Part shown: positions 12,856 to 27,561 of the stretch, piece after piece | How the letters are laid out: each line of letters begins with the position of its first letter | Position numbering within the stretch: the first letter of the stretch is position 1 | NCBI GenBank assembly: GCA_964247055.1 | Contig: OZ176055.1 | Coordinates: 2,790,001 to 2,854,000, forward strand | Length of the DNA: 64,000 bases | Source of the DNA: Paragordius varius | Taxonomy: Eukaryota; Animalia; Nematomorpha | Reading direction: 5' to 3' | Made by a program: the position numbers and the translations under genes | The notes under the pieces: generated by a model | Databases searched by the model: none | Seen by the model: only the letters and a program-made list of their open reading frames with translations | What the model was told of the DNA's origin: nothing

Positions 12856-13812
12856 CATCTTTTCAAAATAATTATAATAAATTTAAATAGATATACTAAT
12901 CAATTGAACTAATTAAGATGATTTATTTTTTAACGGTTGTTTATATAAGTTTTGTACCAATTTTTGATTTTATTTGCCAACACATGGGTTAAATTTTTTA
13001 CCCCCTGCGCGCTTTTAAATATTGTGACTAGTTTTCACATTGTATTAAATTAGGGACCCTGTTTCCCTATTTCCAACCATTCTACAAAAAATTTTACAAG
13101 TAAACTATTATCATATATAATTGCTTTTGCTTATTCTACAGTTTCCCTTAACTATCCCCTTTTATAATTTCTAATTATTTATATCATATTATTTTTATCC
13201 AATATAGATCCTCATCTAAATTTTATCCTAAAAACAATGGCCTGGAGTTTATCTTTGTGCCAAAATTTCGTGCCTATATATTTTAACAGCTGGCTTTAGT
13301 TAATTTAATCAGCCTGATCCCATCATAAAATTATTCTTTACCAAATTTTATGTTACATTTATAATTAAAGGTTTTAAATCTTTAATACTTTTTCTTTTGT
13401 TGATGAAATTTTGGCTAACCCAGAGCATACAGTAGAAAACAAAAGACTGTTTTGAAACTAGGTTTTGTTTAAAATTTATTAAATTCTGATGAAAAAACTT
13501 AAAGTTTTTACAGTTTTTTAAATTTAGAGCCAAATAAACTTCTAAGTACGATTGAAACAGTAGTTGAAAACAATGATTATTAATAATTTGTTGGTAAATT
13601 ATAAAATGAAAACTTTCTTATGTATATTTTTTAGCCATAAATTACATATATTCCCCTGTTGTATTTATAATTTTAAAAATATTGAAGAAAAATTTAGCGG
13701 CAAAAAAATTTAAGATGAGGGTTTTTTACAATTTTACATTTTTTATTAAATTATATTTATTATCTGCAGACCTTAGAAAGCATACGTATAAATTTGGCAC
13801 AATGCTAAATAA

Positions 13813-13848
<36 letters not shown>

Positions 13849-14022
13849 CCTAACCCTACAAGGTCTATGTGTTGCTAAGTACATCAAATGTTTAACGTAA
13901 ATATTATTTCTTCAATGCGTTACCAAAATTATTTATTTTGCTCACTAATTACGAATTGTACATAATAATAATTGAGACCCCATAAGCAACATCGTTGGTG
14001 AATGTAAAAAAGGGCAATTATA

Positions 14023-15160
14023 TTAAACTGTATCTCTGGACATCAGAGGCACCTATACATTCAAATTAATAATATGTATATTATAAAAAGATATAAATAT
14101 TACCATAAGTATACTAAAATTACCGCATTTCCAGGTATAACATTGAAATTCCCACGTGCCTCTTTCAAATATTCATAACATCTTTTTAGTGCCCATAGAA
14201 AAAAGCCCTAGAAAAATTGTATAATATACTGGCGGACAATAACCTTTATAAAATGTATATAATACCTTTCGGGTAAATTTTCTAATACACAGTAATTTAA
14301 AAATAGTATATCTTTTAAAATACAAATGATATTGGATTAAAAATAATATTATGCATTCCATGGTGTAAATTATTCAATAAGCCTAAGCTTTTAGCCAACA
14401 AATAATGTTTTCAATTTTTTTTAAATGGTTAACAGGTGGCATAAAAACTTATTTGTTCATAATTATGCATAAAAATTAAATGTATATGGCAATCGATATT
14501 TTTGACAAATCACCTGTTTGTTTTACATTTTTAAACTATAAATTTTGGCCGAGATGCTATAAATTTTTTTTATAATAATGGTGGATAATATTTAGCAAAT
14601 AAACTTCTAGATAACACAGTAAAGTTACTATCTTTGGACCAAAAAAGATGCATATTAAATATTTCATTATTGATAATTTGCAATATGATTCCAACATTTA
14701 ATAAGTTTTTAAAAGGATATAAAATACTATAAATAATATATTTTTCAAATATGATACCTTTAATAGAAACGTTAGGATTGCAGACGGTACTAAAATGGGC
14801 AAAGAAAGCTGTTCCGAAGAAACACTCCTATTCTATATGAATGCAATTATAAGTTTAAGAAACTACTTAACTTAATCTTTGCCAATTTTGGGTCCAGTTT
14901 GAACCGAACCGGAAACTAAGTCATTGCTTTGATAATGGGCTTTCCTACAAATATTTATAATACTATATTTGAATTAATAACATTATAGCTTTCAACTTTA
15001 TAATAAAGTGTCATGAAGTTTCGCTTTTTGTATTAATATAGTAAAAAACTAATTAGATATTATAAAATGAGAGACAATGAGAAACTGTTGTTTACTCAAA
15101 GATTGATGAAAATTCCTTCAGAAAAATCAAAGTACGTTTAGTTATCTTTACATAAATGCG

Positions 15161-15201
<41 letters not shown>

Positions 15202-18200
15202 GTGTGCAAAAAAGAGGGTTAATTTTTTTCATGACGACTAGTGAATTTATTTGCCGCAAAAATTTTAATTTGTTGACGACCTAATTTTTGAAATATTAAG
15301 AGAAAATCGAAATCGGGCAAAAAGTAAAAATTAAAGATAATTTAAAAAATAATGATAAAAGTTGAGATATTATGTTTATCATTTAAAAAAATATTTTTAA
15401 TATATAAATATAAAATCACATAAGTAGGGTTTTTATACTTCTAAAGATGGCGTTTTTCCTTTAAAACAGTAAAAAGTCAAAAAAAATTTATATTAAATTA
15501 ATTTTTTTTAATTATTTACTATCCAACACTATCAAAATTTTAACATTCTTATTTTATTTAGTAAAAACTTTTATAACAAAATAAAACTAAAAAATATTAT
15601 TTTATTTTTTCATTTTTTTGTCATCTGGTTTATGCGTTTATAAAAAATTTATACTGTTTTTTAGAATTTTACATAAGGACAGTTATAAAGATTTAAAGTA
15701 ATGGAATATCAACCAACAATTGTAAATCCCTGAAACAAGTTTATTTAAACACAAATTAATAATTTTAATGGAATATGTGCGGTTTTTGGTTGAGTTTCCA
15801 CTACTTGTAAACTTTATTTTGTATTAATTTATCTAATTTATAATTCTCGCTCATGTGAAATTACAAAATAAGATGGTAATTTTTTATACCGTAAATCAGA
15901 TGACAAAAAAATGAAAAATTTTTTAGTTTTATTTTGATAAAGAAGTTTATTATACTGAATAAAATATGAATGCTAAGATTTTACAGTAAAAATTGAAATT
16001 ATACGGACAAAACGTAAAAATATAAACACAAATATTTTTTCTAAAAGACAACCACACTTTTCAATTTAAATTTTTCTCATATAAATGATTTATTTACAAT
16101 GATAAAATATATAGTTGATTGTGTTACCAATCATCTTCTACTTTGTTGTATAAAATAATGAGTGATATTGAAAAAAATTATTTTTTAAAAAGTATAATTG
16201 TCTCTTAGAAAAAAATAGTTGTCTTTATATTTTCATGTTTTTTCCGTATAATTTCAAGTTTTACTGTATACAGTTATTTTCTTTTTTATTTGTATTTATA
16301 GCTAGCTAACTATTTTTCATTAGTAAATTTAAATTTTATCTGTTTTTTCCAAATTTTGCTTTTTATGGGGTGTGATTCTCTATTTTTTGCATAAAAAATG
16401 TTGTAGAAGCCCAACATCAACAATATTTGAACATTAGTTTTCGAGATAGGTCAAACGGGGCTCAAAATTTGTAAACGGTCAGGCGAGAAAATATATTCAT
16501 ATACTTTGTATATAGAATTATTGAAAAACATTGCTAATACAGATAAAATGGCATCGATAATTTGGTAGATAATCAGAGGCCACAATAAATTTGCACGAAT
16601 CTAATAAAAATAAATTATAATACTAGATTAATATTTGTAACTTGATATGTTGCAATGGTTTAAATTAGTACGTTAAAAATTGATTTTATACGGACAAAAT
16701 GTAAAAATATAATGACAAATATTTTTTTTAAAAGACAACCATACTTTTTAAATTTTTTATTTAAATATAACTGATTGTTTGAAATTGCCACACAATCAAT
16801 TATATGTATTTTAAAATTTATATGATTTAGTTATCTAATAAAAATTAAGGTTTAAAAATTATGGTTGTCTTTTAAAAAAATATTTATCTCTATATTTTTA
16901 CGTTTTGTCCGTATAATTTTAATTTTACTGTAAAAGTAAACCTAAGTAGGTAACTACGGTAAATGGTTCCGAAGGAACCTGAAAAATCGGAAAATTAATT
17001 ATTAATAGACATCAATATTTGACATATTCAATTTAAAATTTTAAAAATTTCATAAATAAAACATTTCGTTTTTACAACAATACATATTAAATTTGACATT
17101 TAATATCAATGCTTGCCATAAACTATAATATTTTTATAAATGGTTAATTTGAATCCCATAAATTCGTTTATTAACATTTGACAGTAAAAAAAAATGCTAC
17201 TTTCCTTTCGGTTCCTTAAAATTAATAATTATATTTTTTTATTTCCATATTATATTTCTAACAGTAAGGATTTTAAGGCTTGGTATAGTGAGGTACTCCT
17301 ATTAGTATCAATATAGAGAAATTTGTGGAGGAAAGTTATGTAAAACACCCTTTTTTTCATTATAAACCAAATATAAAATTTATATAATTTTGATGTTTAA
17401 AAAAATTATTTTTTAATATATAAAAATTTCTAATAAAAAATGATTTTCATACCCTTTTAATAGCAGCTATGGCTAAACTAAAGCACACAACTCCGATAAT
17501 GCTGACCAATATAACGAACGATAACAGAATTACTAAATATACATGTTATAATAAAAAGTAATAAACTTAAGAATGATAAAAAAATTAACATAAATTCTAG
17601 GGATTTCGGTTCTATCATAAGATCTAAAACAAATTCCTCAACAAAACCTATATCAAACTTTAAGTAATATAAATTTATGTTAGTTTAAGATAATGAATCA
17701 TCATGTAACTTGACTGATTTCCAATCTGCTTGGTGGCCAAGTTGCTGTTTGGAAAAGTTTGTTCTTTCCCATCTATCATAATGGTCAAATTTAATTTCCC
17801 GATTACGCTGTTATCTATTTGCGATACTTTAGCAAAAGTGATTATTCCAATAAATGCCCCAATAATGAAAAGTAGCTTAAAGACCTAATTTTTAATATAA
17901 TCTATATATTTATATAAAAGGTATCACAATTTAATATTACATATTTTAATCCAGGGATGTCCAACAATCTTTTTTCGGTACGTAAAAGTTCGTTAAAAGA
18001 TGTTGAAAAAATAAAAAATTAGATTTCAATGCTAAATTTGCGATTATTATGAAGTATATCATCTAAAATTTGGCTCAAAATGAATAAAAAAACCTTAATA
18101 TATTAAATTAGCCGCGATGATATTTTTGGACACCCCTATTTTAAGCATTCGACGAAAATTGGAACTAACAATCTTTTTTCTTTTTACGGATTGAAAATCC

Positions 18201-18991
18201 ACCCTTCATAAAGAGCTAATTAAGTCATCCATATTATCATGCACTTTTTTAACCACATATATAGTTTTAGCTAAATTTAAATCGTTTAATGAGACAAAGG
18301 AATTGGGGCTTACTGAATCCGATAAAATAGGAACGTATAAGAAAATAAATGCAAATTAAACGGAGCAAACAGCCGATTAATATTTTGGCTAAATTAATAA
18401 CATATGGAATTAAATCACTTTTAAAAGATTTATGGTATGTTTGCAATTCTAAAGACATGGGCCTTTAATCGGAAGAATCGAAAATAGGTAACGAGCCTAG
18501 GATAAATGAGGAGAGTTTTTTTCAATATAGGTTTCAATTCCCTATTTAATGAGACTTAGAAACTTTTCTTGTAAAATAAACTCGAATAACAAATATTTAC
18601 CGCTCTACACTATAAAAACTCATTAACTTTATAAAATTTATGGATTTTATTTGAATCTTACTAGGTTTATATGAATTATAAAATAACAAAAGCTGTTTGT
18701 TTCGATTGGTGGAAGAAATTATGGCTTCAATCATATTAGGAGAGACTTTCACTCTAATATTACAAATTTAGTAAAATCTCCATAATATAATTTCTTTAAC
18801 AATAAAGCAACGACAACTAATTATGAAGTATTCTACATCTGGCCTCAAATACACAACACTTGTAATAAACTAGCAATGCAACTGTACAATCAATACTCTA
18901 GAATCAACTGATTAGTTTCCCATGCAAGGATGTGCCATTCCCCTCCATTTATTAACTTATTGTTGAAGCATCTATCTAGGAGCCTTACCAT
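14023..18991 (-). CDS. Putative small membrane protein (148 aa, three hydrophobic segments), hand-assembled from short exons
   Basis: Exons 18991-18989 (ATG|gtaagg), 17884-17710, 17532-17453, 14832-14758, 14207-14124, 14052-14023 join in frame with GT-AG borders. Translation: MVFKLLFIIGAFIGIITFAKVSQ...NLT...NQS|IILLSFVILVSIIGVVCFSLAIAAIKR|NRSVSSEQLSLPILVPSAILTFLLK|GFFLWALKRCYEYLKEARGNFNVIPGNA|VPLMSRDTV*. No homolog was confidently recognised. Confidence 0.45.
15984..16266. mobile_element. MITE family R1 copy (283 bp, TA-flanked)
   Basis: TA|CAGTAAAAATTGAAATTATACGGACAAAACG ... TTTTCCGTATAATTTCAAGTTTTACTG|TA. Confidence 0.8.
16671..16930. mobile_element. MITE family R1 copy (260 bp)
   Basis: Arms ...tatacggacaaaatgtaaaaatata...aaaagacaacc and ggttgtcttt...cgttttgtccgtataattttaattttactg|ta. 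Confidence 0.75.
17952..18138. mobile_element. hAT (Charlie-type) MITE, 187 bp
   Basis: TIRs cagggatgtccaa / ttggacaccccta; 8-bp TSD ttttaatc vs ttttaagc. Confidence 0.75.
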
Positions 18992-19561
18992 TTGCAGTGT
19001 CTAGCAAGCTGTCGACAATGTTTTCATACAATTATTTTTACAACATAAATAATCTGCTGAATAAACTTACCGTAATAAATGTTGAACCAAACTCCACCAG
19101 TCATGATTGATGCTAAAATTAAACCTATTACTTATCAACGTGATCATTAATTTTTTATTGCGTTATAGGGTTTTAAAAGTTGGTATCCTTGGCACGCCTT
19201 AATCCTTAACCTGGGCCAACTCACCAAAATTTAGAACACTTCGCTAGAAATTATCATCCAAACTAACATCCTCAAAGCAACGGTCTATGTTGCTATAGAA
19301 TCTATCTACTGATAAATCCCGTGTTGTTTGACAGATTAAAATTTCATGGAGAGCTGGCAAATTTCGGTCTATCAAAAATCTATGTCATATAACACGATCC
19401 GATTTGTTGTATAACATTATTCTGGGTTTAATTGAAACCGCAATAGATGGAAACCTAAACCATGTTGGTAGATGTGCTTAAATCAGTCGTCAACCTCAAA
19501 GTTCCTCAAACGGTTTGCGTTAATCAAGTTGTCCGAAATGAATCTTATTTATGAGATAGGG

Positions 19562-20129
19562 ACTTGGTCAAAAATGAATTCTTATTTTAACAATTCGATT
19601 CAAATTGAGGTATCTAAATACCCCAGACTAAATTTAAATCAATGTTTTGAAAAAACTACTGAAGGAAACGGTCCCAATTTAAATATATGCTTCTATCCTG
19701 ATAAAAATTATATAATTAAAACAAAATATCTAAAAAAATTAATTTTGAAAAAAAAAGTTCCATGAAGGACTGCTTCGATGCCAATTTTATTGAACAAAAT
19801 TTTTGCAAAATCTTTCATTTAATTTTAAAGGTAAAATTAAGGCTAATTTTTTATTTAAATTACAAACATTGATTAGAATAAGTGGTCTATTTTGTATTAT
19901 TTTGCAATGCCAATGTTAAGTTTCACATAAAAATAAGTAATATCAAGTATTTTTGACTAAATTTTTTTATATATGTCAGTTTATTTATGTTATATAAGTG
20001 CAAAATTTTTCCATGGCATGGTTCCGATTCCTTCCATATTTTTTAATGTATTTAATTTTAAACAGGCTTGGGGTATCCAACTACCCCAATTTGAATCGAA
20101 GGACTGTAATGAATGTGTTGTATCCAAGT
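19562..20129. repeat. Dispersed ~570-bp repeat with long imperfect terminal inverted repeats (family R2, MITE-like)
   Basis: Left ttcgattcaaattgaggtatctaaatacccca; right tggggtatccaactaccccaatttgaatcgaa...ccaagt. The core is closely similar to 21608-22182. Confidence 0.75.
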
Positions 20130-21607
20130 TTTAAACCATACACAAAAATCAATAATAAGAGCAATAAAAATAAAATTTAGTGCTGTACTGCGAAATAGCT
20201 TACGCGTCTGTCACGTCATGTTTATAAAGCTAAATTAAATAGGAAAATAACATTATTCTTTAAAATAAAATCCATTTATATACGTATTTTAAAATGTATA
20301 TTAATAAATTTTACTATGGCCAAAATGCTCCAAACAAGAATAAACTTTTTCACATGACAACAGCATATTTTATATTTTTCATATGAATTCATCATTCGAA
20401 TAATAATGTTTTCAATCAAAATGTTGCGAATAATCCATTCTTTAAAACTTTTTTACGCTAAAAAATAGGAAAAACATAAAAAATAAACGGACTGAAATAT
20501 AATAAACAAATGAAGTACAAAATTCAATTATATAATGAAGGCTCGCGGTAAGAAAAACAAAAAATATGTGCGTACAGCCTTGTAAAATCTTTGTATAAAA
20601 ATATAGCCAAAATATTTTGAATCCATATCCACATTCACACGCATAATAAGGACATTTCATTCTTCTATGTTTTTTATCCAGGTAAAACCTAAAAGTACAA
20701 TACAGTAACGAGAGCTATTATTGATTATATCGGTTTTCATGCTAAAAAACGATTCAATTGACATGTATGCTGCCTATGAGATTTTCATTTTTTTATACCT
20801 ACGTAATTTATAATGTGGGAAAAAATGCAGTGTTTAATTAAATATTTTACTATTAAAATTAAAAATCTCATACATGGCAAAAGATGTGTGAAAAAACACC
20901 TTTTAGTCAATTAAGAAATCCCAAATATTATGTCTCTATAATCAATAATTACATTGGACAACCAAATTTTCTGCCACTCGAGTTTTTAGCTTTTTCTGAT
21001 ATATTGTATCATTCTAACAGTAAATCTGAAATAAAAATTATAACCCGATGGAAAAATTTTGTATAATTTGATTTTTTAGATTATGCGCCCTTTATATAAA
21101 AATTTTACTAAAAAATGTTTTTCTTTGAAATTATACAAGTAATGCCCGTTTGTAATATATCATTCGAAAGAGTAATAAAAACTCTATAAAATGCATGCTA
21201 ATATGTATTACATCAACAGTTAATATTGGACACAAAGAGCGACAAACGCGGGAAGCGAGAGCACTTTTTTTAATTATTATACTTTTAAAACTAATGGATG
21301 AAAATAGCTAAAACTTTGTTTTAAATGGTGATGAATGTCCAAAAAAGATAACACAATAAAGTTTTTTTGATTAAAACATTTTTTTATTGCTTTTATGTCA
21401 CTCAAAACAGCCATTTTTAAGTTTGTTGTTTTTTAAAAATTACCATCTCATCTTATTTTCTTTACGAGGCTGATAATTTCCAAATTTTAAAGACAAAGTT
21501 TGAGGTATTTTTGATCTTTTTTAGCCATTATGTAATAAATTTACAATTATTATGCATTTTAGTATCCACTAGGTAAAATATTTATGATAATAATAATTTT
21601 TATTAAC

Positions 21608-22182
21608 ACTTCGATTCAAATTGGGGTATCTAAATACCCCAGACTAAATTTAAATTAATATTTTTAAAAAACTACTGAAGGAAACGGTCCCAATTGAAAT
21701 TGCTTCTATCCTGATAAAAATTTTATAAATATGCCAAAATATCTTGATAAAATTTTGTTTTGAAAAAAAAGTTCCATCTCAAACTACTTCGACGCCATTT
21801 TTATTTTGCAAAATTTTTACATAATATCGTCTTCATTTAATCTTAAGGGTAAAACTAAAGCTAATTTTTTATGTAAATTACATCTAACATCGATAGAAAT
21901 AGAAAAAGCGGTTTATTTTGTATTATTTTTTAATTTTACCATTGCACACATGTCAGGTGGACTAAATTTTTACCTTTCGGTTTTAGCTTAAAATAACTAA
22001 TATCAAGTATTTTTGAATAAAGTTTTTTATATATTTCGGTTTATTAATATCATATAAGTGCAAAATTTTGCCATGGTTTCGATTCCTTCCATGCTTTTTA
22101 GAGTTTGATTTTTAACAGGCCGGGGGTATCCAACTACCCCAATTTGAATCGAAGGACTAAAATGAGTGTGTTGTATCCAAGT
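21608..22182. repeat. Family R2 copy
   Basis: Shares ttcgattcaaattggggtatctaaataccccagactaaatttaaa...actactgaaggaaacggtccc...ggggtatccaactaccccaatttgaatcgaaggact with 19562-20129. Confidence 0.75.
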
Positions 22183-24289
22183 GTTAAAAAAGCAAACCAA
22201 AAGCTTTTTCAAACATTTTTTTAAAATTAAATACTAATATAACCCTAATAATTATATTAAAATAATTTATATGATTTTCAGATTAGTTTGTCTGTGAATA
22301 TTCTTGACTTATTTAAGGATTGAAAATTTCGACCATTTAAATCCAAATAACTTTTACATCCGATTGATTTAAATGACATATTACCATTTAAAAGATGCAG
22401 TTTTTTGCGCTCTTTCGAATGATATAAAATACATGGCTTCATATCTAAAACTTTTAATTTTCGAAATTTCGAGTTTAATGTTAAATCGGGGCCAAAAGTT
22501 ATCGATAAACTCTAATATAAAAAATTCTTGCATGCTTGACCAATTTTTTTTTTCAGATATACTAATTATGTACTTAAAAGTTAAAATTTGTTGTCTAGTG
22601 TTATGAATCTTAAAATTTATTTACCTTGTAACTTAAGTAACGATTTTGATTACTTTGCTCAAAACTTTAACTATAATTTTCCTTTTAAAATTAAAATTAA
22701 TTTACGACAATTTCAAAATTTCCTAGTCGAGTTCAAATTGGCGCGTTGATTGTGATCGGATGCATTTTCGTTTCTAAACCCTATTGTTTTTTAAGGTAAC
22801 ACTGTGCGGCAAAAATATGGATCAAAGAATAAGGGTTAATGAATCATATTTCAATCGATAGCTGGGGGCTCCAGGATATTGAATGTCGAAATGACATATG
22901 CGGTTAAAATACTAGAAAAAAGTTTTTTTAATTTTTCCACTATTAGCCGAAACCAAAAAATCGCATTTTTTCCGCATATTAGGTTAAAAGAATTAAATTC
23001 AATAGATGAAATGGTGTCAACTAAATTTTATTTATTTCAAAACATAAGGATAATTCTAAACGAAAAATAATATCAGCAAAGATTTTACTTTTTTTCGGAA
23101 GGTCCCATAAACATTTTCAAGAATGTTACCTAAAAAATCGCACTTTATCGTCGAATTTGAATCATAAAACCTATTAAGATCCGGTAAAAGATTTTTATTT
23201 TTATTTAACCTATATTAACTCGATATATGGAAGTACTATATCGCCTTCAAAAAAATTAACCCTTATATACAATCAACAGAAACTTATAATTTTTAGAACA
23301 TACAATATACGTGTTATAAATACTTTTTCCATATAATTCGATGCAGTAAAAAATCCATCATCCCAAATTTTTGATTTAGGAAATCTTTACTCTAAAATCT
23401 TGATTATATATTTTTGACGCCATTTTGGCTTTTAATACCGGCTGTAAAAAACTAAATCGATACATTTTTTTTTCTCCATTGAATTGTACAGGAAAGATAT
23501 TTTTAATATATATGTAATGTTTTGGAAAAAAATTAAGCAACTTTCCTGGTTCAAATTATCTAAAAAACTTTTTTTATATAAGGCATATATATATATATAT
23601 TGGAAGCGATATATTGGGTATTTGTAATGGACTTAATATCTGATTGTGTTAATAAAAATTAATCTTTACCGTATATTATTAGGTTTTTATGACTTGAATT
23701 TGACGACAAAGTGAATATTCTTAAAAATAAAGGTGTAAAATCTTTGGAAATAATATTTTTTAGCACTATCCTTATGCTGTAATTACACAAATAAAATTTC
23801 ATTCACACGTTTTCATCTATTGTATTTATTTTTACTTGTAATATGAGATAAATATTTTTTTATTTTTAAAAAACTTTTTTTCTAGTATTTTAACCGCATA
23901 TATCCTTTTAATATTCATTTTTCTGAAGCTTTTAGCTATACTTTTAAATATTTGAATATCTAATTTAATACATCCTGAAATATTGTTACGTGAAGCATAG
24001 ATAACTTATCTGGAAAAGTTGAAATTAATTTATTGAAATGATTTTTTTATTATTTATCGTATAACTTAGAAAAATATGTATTTAATAACAAAAACAATGT
24101 ACACAAACCATTTTTATAAATGTCTATTTTTTATAAAATATGCCATTTTTTTATAATTATATCATTCCAAATATACTTCATTCAAAAAAGGCTTTGATTG
24201 TGATTTAAAATTTAACATATTTTAATTCGTTATTTTGTTTAACGTTTTAAATTCAGCATCTTTTGATTTTTAACAATTAGATTTATATC

Positions 24290-25018
24290 GGAGTATTTTA
24301 AGACCCCAGGCTATATTAAAATTGATACAATTAACAATACTGGAGACGGTTTCGATTTAAATTTATTTTTGTATCTGTTAGCAATTCGAAATATATACTT
24401 TGGTTGTACATCATAATTTTCTGTGAGATTTGAATTGTATTATTTTTATATTTTTTTGTACTATGTAAATAATATATCCTTTGTTACTCGAAATTTTATT
24501 GTTATAATGCAAATTATGTACACCTAAAATTAGTATATATAAAGCACAAAAAAACCGAATAAACAATCATTTTACGTTTCTTATATTTTCTTCTCTTCAA
24601 ATTAACAGTATCTTAATTAAAATTATATAAATAAGCCAAAATACCTAAATAAAAATTAGTTTAGAGCCATAAAAAACTATTTCGACGCAATTTTTGTTTT
24701 GGAACATTTTTGCTATAGTGTTTTTTTATTTTGATTAATTTTTTATTAAGATTACATTAACATTATAAACAGAAATAATGGTTTATTCTGCATTTGTTTT
24801 ATATTTAGCTAATGCACATCTGACATATTGGCTAAATTTTTACCTTGAGGTTTATCCATAAAATAGGTATCAAGTTTTTTTTAATTAATCTGACAATGTT
24901 ATATAAGAGTAATTTTTGCATTGTTTCAATTTGTTCCATATTTTCAGAAATATTTGATTTGGTCCCTAAAAACCCCAATTTGAATCGGAGGACGGAAATG
25001 AATGTGTTTTATCCAAGT
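24290..25018. repeat. Family R2, diverged copy
   Basis: Right end aaccccaatttgaatcggaggacggaaatgaatgtgttttatccaagt matches the other R2 ends. The interior is degenerate and the left boundary is approximate. Confidence 0.55.
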
Positions 25019-27022
25019 TTTAATTGAATACTATGATAAAGTTGAAAAAGGTAAGAAAGATTTTTTGTAATTTAGAACATTTAGTCAAAATGCCCTATGG
25101 CGAAATACTAATTTAAATTTAATTATTATTATTGGAGAAAAAAGTATTAAACCTTCTTGATCATATTGCATAATTTATGGATTGTTATGTACTGTAAGTC
25201 TTCACTCTTTTATGCGGAAACATTATTTTAGTTAAAACTCTTTATATTTTTACCTTTAAAATTGTTATTTTGTAAACGGTCGGGTTTGGTGCAGTTTATT
25301 GCTTATAAAATCTTAAATTCATCGATTAATTTATAACTTAAACCGCTCAACGAATAGCGGTGCTCCTGTGAATCAACGGAATATATACCATTTACACCTC
25401 AAATTCACCCTCGAACTATTCCAATTCACGCTAAAATAAATTTTATGTTTTTTGGAATTATATACCTATATTTTTTCATAAATGAAATTTTGTTAAAATT
25501 AAAATAATGCCATAAAGATATAAAACACATAAATAATTTCTAGGGTAATGTTCAATAATGAAAAATCGTAAATGGTATACTACCAAGGCCATCGTATGAG
25601 AATCATGCAATTCTATGTGTATTTTATGTATATGCGTGCACAGCGAAAAATTTGGAAAATTACCACATAAACCAAAATTTCATAATTTTCAAAAATATTT
25701 ACAAAATCCTAGTTAATATTATAAGTTACACCAATATATACGGGTCTTCCCAAAATCTAGCCAAAAACTAGCAAAAATTGGTGAGATAAATAATAGTTTA
25801 TATATCTTCGTAATTTTCAAACAGACTTCTGTTTATAATCTTAGAAAATATTTATAACCTGTCCACTGTTTTTTGAGTCAAAAATGCGGCTCGGGAAACC
25901 ATTAATGTTGACTCCTGATGCAAATCAGTTTTAATTTTAGAATCCAACGGCTTAAATTAGAGCGCAGCTGTCAATAGCCATAGCAAATGATTGAAAAAAA
26001 GCAATACTTATTCCATTCAAAATTTATGCGGTGGGTCTTGCAATATAATGACTTTAAATTTTTCATCTCGAACATGCAATATACTGCTGTTAAAAATAGA
26101 GCGGGGAAAAACCCAAAAGAGATGTCAACGATGTTTTAGAATCATTCTCGTAAGATAAATGATGCAATCGATATAAGTCATAGTTGCGATTCTGGCCTCC
26201 GTCCTTTTCCTTGCAACCCATTGAAAATCAAAAATTAATCAAATTTAAACAGTGTCATGACCACTCATAAATGGTGATTTTTTATTAATTTTTTAAATAA
26301 TTTAAATACGAAATTTTTTAAAAATTTTTAAAAACCGACGCCCCTTCAATAGTAGCAACCGAGTGCATCAGCCCCCCTTTCCTTCCCCTAGCTACGCCTC
26401 TGTAAAACCCAATAAATTCGTTTAAAGATTGAATATTTATAAGCAAGTCCTAATCCCAAATTAAGATTAAAAGGAAATTAATGTAAGTGAAACATTATTT
26501 AAAATTTGAGTAATGTTAATCTTTACAATCCCTAAACATTTTATAAATTTCAATATTAAAGTGCACGCATTCAGTAAGTAATTAATTAATACATTTAATT
26601 TGAATAAATTTATACGCTTTTTAGTTTATAATGCGTTACGACCGTTTGTCTCGTAAAGATTTAATTGATCTATAAAAAATATCCTAAATTTTGCGAAGTC
26701 CAGTTTATTCATTGCACCAACAACTGGCGATCTCTTGAAATTCAAGTTTAAAATTGTCAACATCTATAAAGTTTTAATGGAATAAAGCCGCTCTTAAGAC
26801 AAATACAAGCTTTCTTATACTAATTAAGGTAAGTTTTAAGTGAGATATAATATTTAAATTGAATATATTTTTATAAAAAAACGACAAGTCGAAAGCGCTT
26901 TGTTTTTCTAATGTTTATTATTCTTCAAAATCAAATAAATTATTCATAAAAATATATTTAAAACTGCTAAAAAATATAAAGTAAATATATCAATACACAG
27001 CCGAATTAAAAAGAAACCTTTA

Positions 27023-27311
27023 TAAATAATTGAAATTATACGGGCCAGTAAAGATATATAAAGACAATTTTTTTCCAAAAGACAACCATACTTTCTAAAC
27101 CTTAATTTAACCTATAAAAATCGTTTAAATCCAATCCTAAAATAGATAGTTGATTCTGTTACCAATTTATATCTCTATATACTTGCAGTTTAAAAGAATA
27201 AGTAAGGTATAATTAAAAAATTAAGATTTAAAATCATGGTTGTCTTTTAGAAGAATATATTTGTCGATATATTTTTACGTTTTGTTCGTTTACAGTTTTT
27301 ATTGCATATTG
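27023..27311. mobile_element. MITE family R1, diverged copy
   Basis: ttgaaattatacggg...aaaagacaaccatactt and catggttgtcttttag...ttttacgttttgttcgt; boundaries approximate. Confidence 0.6.
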
Positions 27312-27561
27312 TAATACAGAAAAATGAACCAGATGATATACCCTTTTCAAGCTAGATCGCATGGACATATCGAATTAGCTTGGTTTGAACTAATAGAACT
27401 TACTTTTTAAACTCATCTCAAAAATATATTTTATTTCTAGGCCACATCATATTTCGATTATATGGAGTAAAAATTTTGGGATAAAAAGCAAAATATAACA
27501 AAAGTTTTTTTTCATAAAACAACTATACTTTTTTGAATATCAATTTTCGCTAAATAAATAT

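Noticed and set aside
14208-14265. Two apparent 22-nt GT-AG introns flanking a 14-nt micro-exon (would give GYCPP|GFFLW, lectin-like)
   Set aside because: The simpler phase-consistent model skips them, and such short GT...AG pairs arise easily by chance in AT-rich DNA.
19150-19560. Slightly GC-richer stretch with a broken minus-strand frame (…LPALHEILICQTTRDLSVDRFYSNI…)
   Set aside because: It has several stops in every frame and only a faint resemblance to a piggyBac-type DNFY motif, with no TIRs or LTRs. It cannot be assigned without a translated search.
26370-26402. ccccctagctacgcctctg, resembling a DNA-transposon terminus
   Set aside because: No partner end or TSD was found nearby; at most a solo fragment.
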